A stretch of 64,000 nucleotides of DNA, taken from assembly GCA_023213395.1 (NCBI GenBank), contig CM041465.1, forward strand, positions 166,601,741 through 166,665,740. Reading direction: 5' to 3'. This document shows positions 24,601 to 36,814 of this stretch, in pieces. Origin of the DNA: Cycas panzhihuaensis. Lineage: Eukaryota; Plantae; Cycadophyta. Numbering within the stretch: position 1 is the first letter of the stretch; every line of letters starts with the position of its first letter. The translations under genes and the position numbers were made by a program. The notes below the pieces were generated by a model, which did not search any database, was not told the DNA's origin, and saw nothing but the letters and a program-made list of their open reading frames with translations.

Positions 24601-27476
24601 GCAGGCATATTCCGTTACAAAATATGGTCAAAAGGAAATCTACTAGATCCCAACCTATGGGTTAAATTCAGATGGGAAAACTGTTCAAAAGAAGGAAGTC
24701 CAATTGAAACAAGTTAATATAGGAACAAAAGAGGATCCTAAATGGATAAGAATGGGGGAATACTGGGAACCAAAAATCATGTAGCAGGTAGTAGCATTCT
24801 TTTGTGAATATAAAGATGTGTTTGCGTGGTCCTATAAGGACCTAGAAGGAATTCCCCCAGAAGTGGGAGAGCACAAAATTGAATTGATGGAAAATGTAAA
24901 ACCTGTATGACAGAGGCCTTACAGGATGAATCCTCGGTACAAGGATCAAGTAAAAGCAGAATTAGATAAACTGTTAGAAGTAGGATATATTTTTGAGGTA
25001 GAAAATAGTGATTGGGTAAGCCCAGTCATGGTGGTACCCAAAAAGAATGTGAAACTGCGTGTATGTGTTGATTACAGGGCCTTAAATAAAGCCACCAAGA
25101 AAGACCCATTTCCAATTCCTTTCACCGTGGATATATTGGAAAAAGTCGTGGGGCACGAAGTATTTTCATTTACTGATGGGTTCAATGGATATAATCAAGT
25201 CCAGATAGCATCCGAAGATCAATTGAAGACAACATTTGTCACAGAATGGGGCACTTATGCCTATTGAGTAATGCTGTTTGGGCTGACTAATGCCTTGGCA
25301 ACATTTCAAAGAATAATCCTGAATATTTTTTGGGAATTGTATAGGAAAGGCAATTGGAGTATTCTTGGATGATTGGACTTTGTACAGATTGTTAAAAGAT
25401 CATTTGCTCCAATTAAGACTAATGTTGGAAATGTGCAGGAAAAATAGATTATGCCTGAACCCAAACAAATGTGCCTTTATGGTACCATTTGGATCTTTGT
25501 TGGGCCATATTGTCTCAAAAGAGGGATTGATGACAAATCCAACTGGGGGTAATTTTGAAATTTCCTATTCCTCAAAACCCAAAGAATCTCAAAAGGATTC
25601 TTGGGAATGACCGGATATTACTGGAATCTCATAAGGGGATATGCCCAAATTGCCCATCCCTTGGAATCATTGCTAAAAAAGGCAAATAAATGGGAATGGA
25701 CGATGAGACAACAATTGTCCTTTGATGCTTTGAAGAAAAGGATAGTGGTAGCCCTTGTGCTCAGATTTCTAGATTGGAACAAACGTTCCATGTGCATGTG
25801 GATGCCTCATTGTATGCTATCGAATGCGTGTTGGCTCAACCTGCTGATGAAAAAACAGACCTTTCCATCGCATTTGCAAGTCGGAAATTGACATCAGCCG
25901 AACGTAACTATACAGTTATGGAACGAGAGGGACTTGGCATGATTTATGCCTTGCAAAAATTTTGACATTACTTGTTGGTTAACCCGTTTGTATTTTTTGT
26001 TGACCATCAGGCTCTGCAATATCTAATTAATAAGCCTATCCTCCAGGGAAGGATTAGTTGCTGGCTAATGCTTTTTCAAGAGTTTATGTTTAAAATCATG
26101 GTAAAGAAGGGGGAGAAGCATGTGATACCAGACCAATTGTCCAGAATAAAGGAAGGAGAACTAGGCACTGGGATATTTGATGATTTTCCAGACCATAAAC
26201 TATTTTCTATCGAAGCTATTCCATCCTGGTGTGAGGGAATTGTAGAGTATTTGTCCACAGGACAAACACCTAAGGGGCTAGAAAAGGCAGAGAGAAGAAG
26301 TTTTATTAAGAAAGCCTTCCCCTTTCAACTAATAGGTGGTATGTTGTATAAAATGGGGCCAGATGAAGTCTTACGAAGATGTATATTGCCACATGAAGTG
26401 CAATCAATATTGAGGGAGGCACACGAAGGAGCAGCTTCAACCCATCATGGGAGCGAGGCCACATCATGAAAAATTTTATTTGCGGGACTATGGTGGCCAA
26501 CCTTGTTCAAAGATGCTGAAAAATGTGTAAAAAGTTGCGACATTTGCCAACGAATAGGTAAGCCCTCTAAACAGAACTATTTGCCCCTGTATCCTGTTCT
26601 AGCCCAGGCCTCATTTGAAAAATGGGGGCTAGACTTTGTAGGACCAATCAGCCCTTTGGCTTGTAGAACCAGCGTGAGATATATACTAGTGGTTACAATT
26701 TTCTTGACAAAATGGACTAAAGCCAAACCAATGAAGAAGTGTGATGCGAGAAAGCACAACTTGATTTTTATATGAAGTCATTATAGTAAGGTTTGGCTAT
26801 CCCCTAGAGATTGTATCAGGTCAAGGGGGGAACTTTTTGAATCAGACAATCAAATATTTGACCTCGGAATTTTTGATACAACATGGTAAATCTTCACCAT
26901 ATTACCCCACGGCGAACGGACAGCTTGAAACTATGAACAAAATCTTGAAGATAGCGTTGATGAAAATCTGCAATGCGGATCGGACGGATTGGGCAGAGAA
27001 GTTGCATTCAGTTCTTTGGGCAGATAGAACATTGAAGAAAAGGCCTCGTAAACATACTCCATTTCAATTGGCATATGGGTTAGAAGCAGTGGTTCCTTTG
27101 GAATTTCAGGCAGAAAGCCTGAGAGTGGCACAACAGCTGAGGCTGGAACCAGAAATTTCTTATGATCAGAGATTGATTCAACTGATGAAATTAGATGAGA
27201 CACAAGCTCGAGCTCTGTGGGAGTTATAGGTAGAGAAAAGAAGACGTAAGGCCTAGCATGATCGACATTTGAAAAAACTTGAATATAAGGTAAATGATTT
27301 AGTTCTATTGTATAATAGTAAATTTAAAATGAAACCAGGCAAGATGAAAATAAGATGGTTAGGTTCTTATAAGGTTATTCACATTTGTGAAAATGAGTTG
27401 TTAGATTAAAGTAGTTAGATGGTCATCCATTGACCAAGCTGGTCAATGGCAATAGGATAAAATTGTATAAAACATA
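21693..27476 (+). pseudogene. Gypsy gag-pol polyprotein (gag, PR, RT, RH, INT) with stops and frameshifts
   Basis: Consecutive + ORF fragments 21693-27229 in Gypsy domain order; the integrase tail ends at ...GNRIKLYKT*. Confidence 0.9.
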
Positions 27477-27612
27477 AAAAAAAAAAACGAGCACAAATGA
27501 CCAAGGGGAGAAGATCTCTATCCAGAAGAAGATATTCGGGGGACTTGACAAAGGACAAGACAATGACGTGATGGATGCCGGCTATTAATAAAAAGCTATA
27601 ATGAAAAAAATG

Positions 27613-27846
27613 TGAAGTGATTGGTATTTAACTACCAACGACGTGGTGCGGCCACCTCAAGTAAGGACGTGATGGTTGTCGAATCATGATGGAAAAAACA
27701 TGAAGTGATCGGTATTAACTATCAACGACGTGGTGCAACCACCTCGAGTAAGGATGTGACGGCTGCTGAATCATGATGGAAAAACGTTGAAGTGATCTGT
27801 AAGTAATTACCGATAGCGTGGTGTGACATTGGTGTGACCACCTCAA
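27613..27846 (+). repeat. ~88-bp tandem repeat (2.7 copies) downstream of pol
   Basis: TGAAGTGAT...AACGACGTGGTGC..CCACCTC.AGTAAGGA starts at 27613, 27701 and (degenerate) 27788. Confidence 0.85.
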
Positions 27847-27859
27847 AGAATGATGAAGC

Positions 27860-28385
27860 ACGTTGATTCAAACAGAATATCATCGTCTGGCAAGAGTGGT
27901 ACGACGCAATGGAGGAAATCTTAAGGAAAAGTATTGAGACACAGGATTTCAAACAGAGAACTGTGGAGACTGTGAGCGGCAGGCAAACCAACGCATAAGG
28001 GAAATGATGACGAAAACAATTCTTTTCAGAGAAAACGATGACCCTCGGATTTGTGTGAAATGGCAGGTCATGGTAGATGAAGATATGAGGAAGAAATTGA
28101 TGATAGAAGCAAGACTTCACAGGTATGTATTGGTCGGGACTTTCCTACGTTCAATGAAATTTACAAGTACAGCGACTCCATTAATAGCAGCGCAACCAGA
28201 TATACTACAAATTTCAAAAGATTTGATAGCAATGCTCACTAGTCTCCCCAAGGATGGTGAACTTGTGAAAAGAGACAACCAAATAACTAGGGAAGAAGCG
28301 GCGAGGCAGATCAGAGCAAGCGAGAAGGATGCCTCCACTTAAGGGATTCAAATTGCAAGGATCCAATCGCCGGAGAAAAGATTCT
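27860..28385 (+). pseudogene. 3' extra ORF of the Athila-like element (plant-transposon protein-like), truncated
   Basis: ORF 28004-28342 plus flanks; ISKDLIAMLTSLPKDGE resembles the I..E.IA..TGLP..G motif of plant Gypsy extra ORFs. Confidence 0.6.
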
Positions 28386-29699
28386 TGGCACATTTTCTTC
28401 TTCTTGTCACTTGAATGGTTCTCATTGCAGTTGTTTTATCTTCAGCTGACTTGATGTAGGTCTCTCGATTTACAGGGTGTCTTTAATATTGCAGGCATCT
28501 CCATGCTTTTTTTTTGTGTAGTTCTTTTTGTTGCCTTCAATATTGCAAGTGTTTCCTCCATTCCTCGGCATCACTCTTTAGCTCGTGATTTTGCATTTTT
28601 CACCTTTTTTTGGTCACCTTGTTTTAGGTTTACTCTAGTGGCCTTGTGTGACATATTATGCATTTCAGGCCATGGCGTATGCATTCTCTCGTTTTCCATT
28701 GCCCGCTTGCATAGTGAACTGCGTCAATGCTTGCTGCAAGGGTCACTGACCTTTCATATAGAGCATCAACTACAATTTCTTCAGTTTTGCGCAAGTCCTT
28801 TGTCATCCAACTAGTTTCTTTCTTTATTAAAAAGGGATTATCTTGATGCAGAGTAGATTTTATAGATGGAATTTTCACTTTCATCATGGGCTTAGGCACA
28901 TGGTCAGGCATTGTTGAGTACCATGTAGGATCTTCCTTTAATATTTTAACAAAAAAGCTATATTGCCTCTAATGGAAGGTATATTTCCAAGGCCATTCCT
29001 AATTGGACACTTGTTATGCTCGATAGGGTTCCAACTAGAACTATCATAGTAGGTGCAAATATAATACTATCCTTAGAGGTATCAAACTAAATGCTATAGG
29101 AATAGACATGTGAACATGATTTTATTGTGATAATGCCTTCCCAAAAAACAAAAACTTAACTCTTGATGGTTACACACATTAATAAATTGAAGGACATGCT
29201 CAACACAAGAAAGATAAAATATTTAGCAAAACTAGGCCAACTTCTTCCAACAAGTATATTCGGTAAATCAACATAACATAGTACTCATTAGCCTAAAAAA
29301 TTAGAAGCAAGGTATGCTCTCATTTCTTAACAAGAATAACCCATATTTTGAACTGTTGGGATGGCCAGTCCCATGGCCCTTTCTTCATATTGCAAGGCTT
29401 TCATTTCAAAAGACGATCTTTTCCTTGTTGATAGCAGGCATGTTGCTTTTGCAGGGCGATCAAGCTTGCATGAGTAGTTGATTTGCTTAATTTTCGTCCA
29501 TGAACAACAACTGCAGAACTTGTGGGCAACTTGTAAAAACAACCTCCTTCAAATCTACAATAAATCTACTATAAAATATTTGTAAATTGCTTAAAAAATA
29601 CTCCTTTAAATCTATTATTCCTGCCATAAATCTTCTTATATTGTAGCTTGAAAACAATCTTTTTAACAATTTTAAACTGTTTCAAAAGTAGGCTTTAAA

Positions 29700-30251
29700 T
29701 GTGAAAAGAGGCTAGATGGCCTCTACAGTCCCTAGATCTAGAAACTAGGATCACTCTAGTTCTAGTTGCAGAAATACAAACAAGTATAATAAACTCAAGG
29801 TAAAGAGAAAGCAAAGAGACAAAACATGAATGAAGGAGCAAGAGAAAATGATACCCAATATGTGGAGTTGGAATTGGTCCAACCTCCAAAGAATGAACAG
29901 CTTGATTGGCAAACTGATAGCATAACAATATAGCTCCAACTCTTGTGTGAGACAATGAGGAGAGGTCTCATTATATAGAGTGAAATGAGAGACCTAAGGC
30001 CTTGGATGTTTGACAAGTGTCAAACATCCAAGATACATGCCTTGCATGTTGGACATGTGTCCTTTTGGGCTCTCATGTGAGCAAAAGTGCATGAGGGTCC
30101 ATTTGACCCTTTAGTGACAACGTTGTGTCACTAGAAAGAATGTGGGTGTGCACTTTATCACTTAAGTGATAAGTCACCCCTAAAGTAAAAAGTGCATATA
30201 TTACATGAAAATAAAGTACATTAACTTAACATTTAAACATAAGGTTTAACA
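29700..30251 (-). repeat. 3' LTR, Copia family A
   Basis: TGTGAAA...TTTAACA; differs from the 5' LTR by 8 transitions and 2 single-A indels (manual count). Confidence 0.97.
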
Positions 30252-30269
30252 CCCCCTCATCGCTTACAA

Positions 30270-33200
30270 TGTTAAGTCGGACACCAAGACCATCTCTCGA
30301 ATTTTATAAACTTTTCTACCAAGAGGTTTGGTAAAGATGTCTCGCTATCCGCCTCCTCAGTAGGTGCAGATCAAGGTTGATCTCACCATTCTCAACATGT
30401 TCTCTCGATGAAGTGATGGTGAACCTCGATGTGTTTTGTCCGTGCATGAAAGATCGGATTCTTAGCTAACTTGAGCACACTTTGATTGTCGAATGTATCC
30501 CGTGGGGTGACCTGCTCAAGTCCAAGTTTCCCAAGAATCCGTCGTAGCGGATAGCCTCACAAGTGCGTTGATCGTAGCTTTGTACTGCCGGTGGAGGACA
30601 AGGTAACATTGGGTTGCTTTTTGCAACTCCACGAAACAACTACTGAACCAAGGGAAAAATAGTATCCCGAGGTTGATCTCCTGCTATCTTGGCAACTTGC
30701 CCAATCAGAATCTGAGAACCCTTCCAAAGTGAAGTTCTCATTATGTGCATACTCAAGGCCATGCTGCAATGTGCCTTTGATGTACTTAAGTATGCATTTG
30801 GCTGCATTCCAGTGTATCTGATTGGGTTGAGACATGTAACGTGAGTAAATCCCAACAGCAAATGAGATGTCCAGTCGAGTGTTGGTGAGATAAATGAGAC
30901 TCCCAATCAACTGCCAGTAAAGTGTGGGATCTGCCGGTGCAGCTTCCTCATTGAGAGTAAGCTTAGATCCATTCTCCATAGGTGTAGGCGCAGTTTTGCA
31001 GTCGTGCATCCTGAATCACGCAAAATGTCCCAAGAATATTTCGCTTGGGAGATGAAGATATAGCTACATTGCCATATCTCAAAGCCTAAAAAATAATGGA
31101 GAAGTCCAAGATCTGTCATCTCAAAACTTCTCTTCAAATCATCTTGGAGAATATGAATCATCTTAGTGTCACTACCAGTGATCACTAAGTCATCTACATA
31201 CAAGGCAACAAAAATTACATGGTTTTTTCCATTTTTTATATACAGATTAGGATCTGAAGTAGATCAATGAAATCCATGTCTCAAGAAGTAGTCATCGATC
31301 TTTGAGTACCATGCCCTTGGAGCTTGCTTCAAGCCATATAACGCCTTTTTTAGGCGATATACAAGATGCTCTTTGCCTTGTACTTTGTATCCGGGAGGTT
31401 GCTCCAAATACACCTCCTCCTGAAGATCGCCATTAAGAAAGGCGCTCTTCACGTCCATCTGATAAACAGGCCATTTGCATTGAGCAGCTAAGGCCAAGAG
31501 AAGTCTGATGGTATTCATGTTCGCCACTGGTGCAAAAGTTTCTTCATAATCTATGCCTTCTTTTGTTTAAAACCTTTTGCGACAAGGCGTGCTTTTTAAG
31601 TGAACCATCAGAATGGAATTTGGTCTTGTAGACCCATTTGCAACTGATTGCCTGTTTGTGTTTAGGCAATTCAACCAAATTCCAAGTACCATTCTTTTCA
31701 ATAGAATGGATTTCTTCATCCATGGCAGCCTTCCAATTTTCATTTTTAGAAGCCTCTTCAAAAGTGGAAGGCTCATCAACACAAAGCACTTCAGCCATAA
31801 GTGCATAATTGGTTTGCTGCCGATATTTAGATGGACGTTTTCCTTCAATGATGTGACCGTCCTGAACTGTTTGTGTGTACCATTTGGGTAACTTTTGAAT
31901 TGAAGTTACTTGAACCTCAAGATCTTCTGGTGTAAGTGGTTGGTCAACAGAAGATGTGCTTGGATCAAGTGGAGCAAATTCAGTTGAAGTAGACGGTCCA
32001 CATGGTGCAGATGATGAACATGGTGTAGAGGATTGAGAGGGAAGGAAGGCCTCAACAATCTTCTTGCCTTTGTCAACGGAAGGTGGCATGGATGCTGTTT
32101 GCACCTCCTGGTGATCTTCTTCAGCAAAGATGACATCTCTTGAGAGATGCATTTTCTTCCCTATAGGATCATACAACTTGTAGGCTTTGCTGTGAATGGC
32201 ATAACCTACAAAGATGCATTTGAGACTATGCTTGTCTAATTTCTTCCTTTACTGATCGGGAATGTGCATATAAGCAGTGCACCCAAAAGTCCTCAAATGG
32301 TTGACAGTAGGCTTTTTGCCAGACCATGCCTCATCGGGTGTCATGTTGGTGACTGCTGTAGTAGGACTGCGATTGGCCACATAAGCAGTTGTGTGAAATG
32401 CTTACCTTGAAGCTCGAGTGAGTCCTTGTGCATGCATCATAGCTTTGGCTTTATTGGCCAAAGTTCTGTTCATCCGTTTGGAGACTCCATTTTGTTGAGG
32501 AGTATGAGGTATTGTCAGTTGTCTCCAAATACCGTTATCCTTGCAATATTGGGTGAATTCATTTGATGTAAATTCACCTCCATTGTCTGTCCTGAATGTT
32601 TTGATTGGATGGCCAGACTTATTTTCCACTTCAAGTTTGAATTCTTTGAACTTGGAAAATGCTTCAGATTTGTGTTTGATGAAATAAACCCAAACTTTGT
32701 GAGAAAAATCATCAATGAAGGAGATATAATACAAAGCTCCTCCAAAAGATGATGTGGACATAGGTCCACACAAATCCGAATGTACTAGCTGCAGAGGATG
32801 TGATGCACGCCACGCTTTGCCTTTAGGGAAAGGCAAGCGATGCTGAGTTCCCATAATGCATGCTTCGCAAAGACATTTTGTGCCATAAATCTTAGGAAGC
32901 CCATGTACCATGTTCTTGTTGATCATCTGCCTCAAATTGTCTAAGCTCAAATGGCCTAGACGTTGATGCCAAAGTTGCATCTTGGACAAGTAAGGAGTGA
33001 CAATGGAACCAGAGTAAGTAGAATCAAGTGTTATATTATTAGCATCCAACTTGTAGAGGCCTTGATCCTCATAGCCAACATCTACTACTTGGTCTTCTTT
33101 GTCACTAATTATACATTTCCCGTTTTGGAACAATACACTCATCTTGCTTGTCCAAGCGGCTAATGAGATAGTAAATTTTTGTCCATTGAAGGTATTAAAT

Positions 33201-34449
33201 AGGCATTGCCATCGGGAAATGTGGAGGAAGGATTTGATGAAGAAAAAATGGAGTTATTGTGCCTACTCCTGAAATTTTGGTGGATTGATTATTCCTAAAG
33301 GTCACTGATTGACCTTTGCCTTCCTTGATGTTGGTGAGGAGCTCTTCACTTCCAGTCATGTGTTGTGAAGCTCCGAATCAATAATCCAAGTTTCATCAAC
33401 CTTGGATGTCTCGATATGCACAAAAGCTTTGTCTTCATCTCAAACCGATTAGAGTGGCGTTGCTTGCCACCTCTGAAGCCCCCCCCTCCCTCCTTGACCT
33501 CCTCGGTAGCCACCTCGATTCGGCCCAGGGGTTGCCGCTTTGTTGTTCTTATTGAAACCACTTCTTTGTAATCACGACGTACCGTCATTGGTCTTCGGTG
33601 GTGTGGCCGTTGTTGTTGGCATTGTTAGGCGTGGTCACGCCTTGTTGTTGGCGAGATCGCTTGCTTTTTCCGACACTCAGGTGCGATGTGGCCAAGTTTG
33701 CCACATAATGACATACAACATTGGTCCTTGAAGACCCAATGTTCATGTTCCCAAACCGCTTTGAAAGTGCAGTTTGGGTTGTGCTTGGCCTTTGAATTGG
33801 CCGTAAATGCACCGATGTAGATGGTCCCTCCTCATTATCCTTAGTGTAGATTTGTTCTTCTTGAAGTAGCGAGACTTTCAAATTCGTTGAATGTCATAGT
33901 TTGGAGGAACCATCTCTTGTAGTAGACGAAATAAAGCCATTGTAGTCTTCGGTAAGGCTTTGGTGATGGATGTGATCAATTCATCCTTCGTTCTTTGGAC
34001 TTCCAAGTGTATTCGATTCATTACATACCTCCTTGATGGAGGAAAGAAAAAACCGACATGGGCTTGATAAACTTAATAGAATACAATTTTGCTTTAACCA
34101 TTAAAATGCGAGCTTGATCTCGCCTTTCATACAATGAGGACAAGGTGTCCCAAGCTTCCTTTGAAGTGTTAGCACCAGCAATATTCTGATCTACATGTAC
34201 ATCAACAATCATGTGAAGGAATGCCAAAGCAATTTCATCTTTGGCTTCCCAAGCAGCAAGCAAAGCATCATCAGGTTGCACAGTAATATTTCCATTGGTA
34301 ACAGGTGTTGGTCGAGGTAATCTCCCAGAAACATAACTCCAAAATTCGTTCATGATTAGCAAGTTCTGAGTGAGTCTCTTCCATTCTTGATAATTATCTT
34401 GTCCTGTTAACCGAATAGTGCATGCATTTAGCATGTTTATGGCAGCCAT
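30270..34449 (-). pseudogene. Copia gag-pol polyprotein (frameshifted as assembled)
   Basis: gag MAAINMLNAC...RLTGQDNYQEW; integrase 32402-33142; [33 protein letters not shown]; RNase H FSDSDWA. Confidence 0.9.
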
Positions 34450-35500
34450 GTTTCAGTTTATAAAAACTTGAAGCTAGCAGTTAACGTGGAAACTCAAAGC
34501 TTTCGTCGCTTAAGTTCCACCTTCTAACGAAACCAATAGTCCTGATCTTACTAGAAGATCCAACAACTGAATGGAATGATGAGGGGTGGAGGACTAGGCT
34601 ATAGAGTTGGTCCAACTTGATCTTATAGAGGAGATCTAAATGTTGGCCAAGCTAAATCTAGGACAAGGCAGGTAGGGTTGATCTGCATGGACGTACCATG
34701 CTTTCCACAGGATTCACATTGAATAACACCCTTTTCGAACCTCCTTTCCTCAAGCAACCTTAATTGTCGTGCCTTGGCCAAATGCACGGTTGGTCCCCTA
34801 GGGAATGCACCAAGCTTAAGGTTAATTTAGAGGCAAGGTTTGAACCTTTTTCGAGCCTCCCCAACAGATTTTAAGTCACTTTTTAGCAGATTTTAAAGTG
34901 AACTTAGGTTTATTTTTGTTTGGAAAATGTACTTATGAAAATGCTTTGATTAAGCTTTACAATAAAAGTGGCTTCAAGAGGAAGCAAAGTAAGTACATGA
35001 ATATGAACACTTGTAGTGTTTTTACAATGAGCACTTTAATGAAAATGTAGTGCTATGTTGATCCAAGTAAGAAACCAAATGCTTGATTACAATAAGTTTT
35101 GCAAGGTACTTTTTGAAAAAAAGCTTAAGTACTGAAAGAAGTAATGCAAAACTTGTGATGAAGATACAAGTGGGTTCATTTTAATGTTGAACAAATGAGG
35201 GTAAGAGAGCCACTTGCATGAAAAATGACATCAAGCACCAAGTGTTGGGATTTTAAATTAGTCCCAACGATCAAAAGAAAAGTGATTTTTATTAAGTGTT
35301 TGACCCCTCTTTGAGACTAAGGGCAATAGGTCACCATGCAAGGTGCCTTAAAAGTGTTTTAAAATTTAGTGATGAGTATCACTTTTGAAAAAACACTTAA
35401 AAATCACTTAATTAACACTTGTTCAAACAATAACTAAGTGTTAAAACTTTTAAGAGCCAAAACATAGGCTAAAATTTGAAAATTTGTTGCAATTTGAACA

Positions 35501-35915
35501 CTAAGGATCGAGGAGTGTGGGGCCCAGCTTGGTCACGGTTGCTGGATCGAGTGTGGGGCCCACAACTGGCTGCTGGGTCATTTGAGGACCGTGGGGCCCA
35601 CTAAGGATCATTGGCTCGGATACCGAGAATCGAGGAGTGGGGCCCACTAAGAATCAAGCTACCGATGAGAATCGAGGATCGTGGGGCCCACTAAGGATCA
35701 CTGGCTGGACAGCTTGAGAATCGAGGATCGCGGGCCCACTAAGGATCATTGGCTGGACACCGAGAATCGAGGACTGTGGGGCCCACTAAGGATCATTGGC
35801 TACCGACAGCCGAGAATCGAGGATTGGGGCCCACTAAGGATCGCTGGACAGCTTGAGAATCGAGGACCGTGGGGCCCACTAAGGATCATTTCTTGGACAG
35901 CTGAGAACTGAGGAT
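35501..35915. repeat. Tandem array of nine ~44-49-bp units with a GTGGGGCCCAC core in the Copia 5' leader
   Basis: Cores at 35517, 35553, 35591, 35637, 35681, 35730, 35776, 35825 and 35869; consensus GAGAATCGAGGAYCGTGGGGCCCACTAAGGATCA. Confidence 0.95.
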
Positions 35916-36260
35916 TGTACTTAAGTAGAAGACTGGATCTTAGCACCTAGAAGGTGAGTTAGAATAGCAGAAGCCAGATCCACAGTTGGAATTCTTTTTA
36001 TTTTATTTTGACAAATCTGGGTTGAAAAGAAAGTTAATGGAATAATTTTTTTCAAAAAAAAAAACTAAACATAACCCAGCTCCAGCCTTTAAAAAAAAGC
36101 TCCAAAATGCTTGAACCTGCAAAAAAAACCTTCAAACAAACCTTGGATCGCCTTCGGAGTGCGAAAGTCGTCACCAAGGGTTTGTTGCTTTCTTCAAAGA
36201 ACTCCTTGAGCAGCTACAAAAGCGAGCAGGCGTAGTCTCCTCTTGCTCTCTGATACCAAA

Positions 36261-36814
36261 TGTGAAAAGAGGCTAGATGGCCTCTACAATCCCTAGATCT
36301 AGAAACTAGGATCACTCTAGTTCTAGTTGCAAAAATACAAACAAGTATAATAAACTCAAGGTAAAGAGAAGGCAAAGAGACAAAACATGAATGAAGGAGT
36401 AAGAGAAAATGATACCCAATATGTGGAGTTGGAATTGGTCCAACCTCCAAAGAATGAATAGCTTGATTGGCAAACTGATAGCATAACAATATAGCTCCAA
36501 CTCTTGTGTGAGACAATGAGGAGAGGTTTCATTATATAGAGTGAAATGAGAGACCTAAGGCCTTGGATGTTTGACAAGTGTCAAACATCCAAGATACATG
36601 CCTTGCATGTTGGACATGTGTCCTTTTGGGCTCTCATGTGAGCAAAAGTGCATGAGGGTCCATTTGACCCTTTAGTGACAATGTTGTGTCACTAGAAAGA
36701 ATGTGGGTGTGCACTTTATCACTTAAGTGATAAGTCACCCCTAAAGTAAAAAGTGCATATATTACATGAAAAATAAAAGTACATTAACTTAACATTTGAA
36801 CATAAGGTTTAACA
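36261..36814 (-). repeat. 5' LTR, Copia family A
   Basis: Matches the 3' LTR; adjacent to the PBS. Confidence 0.97.

Larger units (their letters stand above)
20974..28385 (+). mobile_element. Athila-like (non-chromovirus) Ty3/Gypsy, 3'-truncated
   Basis: 5' LTR ending CA at 21476, PBS, gag, protease IVDGGSRVNVLP...LLGRPWL, RT (WVSPVMVVPKK, CVDYRALN, FLDDW), RNase H (HVDASLYAI), Athila-style linker DQLSRI...FPDHKLF, integrase (KWGLDFVGP, YYPTANGQ), 3' extra ORF. No 3' LTR. Confidence 0.9.
29700..36814 (-). mobile_element. Full-length Ty1/Copia LTR retrotransposon (family A), young
   Basis: LTRs 29700-30251 and 36261-36814; TSD TTAAA at 29695-29699 and 36815-36819; PBS TGGTATCAGAGAGC at 36245-36258; PPT at 30252-30260; gag-PR-INT-RT(YVDD)-RH order. 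Confidence 0.97.

Noticed and set aside
29695-30016. Hydrophobic ORFs repeated at 36214-36577 and 8752-9093 (env-like?)
   Set aside because: They are translations of T-rich LTR R/U5 sequence, not an env gene.
34520-34560. Hammerhead ribozyme (CGAAAC...GTC-CTGAT)
   Set aside because: No CUGANGA core or stem I/II; no other correctly framed CTGATGAG...GAAA found, so no retrozyme call.
35501-35915. CRISPR-like repeat-spacer array
   Set aside because: The variable parts are only 10-16 nt and homologous to each other, there are no cas genes, and it lies inside a plant Copia leader; it is a minisatellite.
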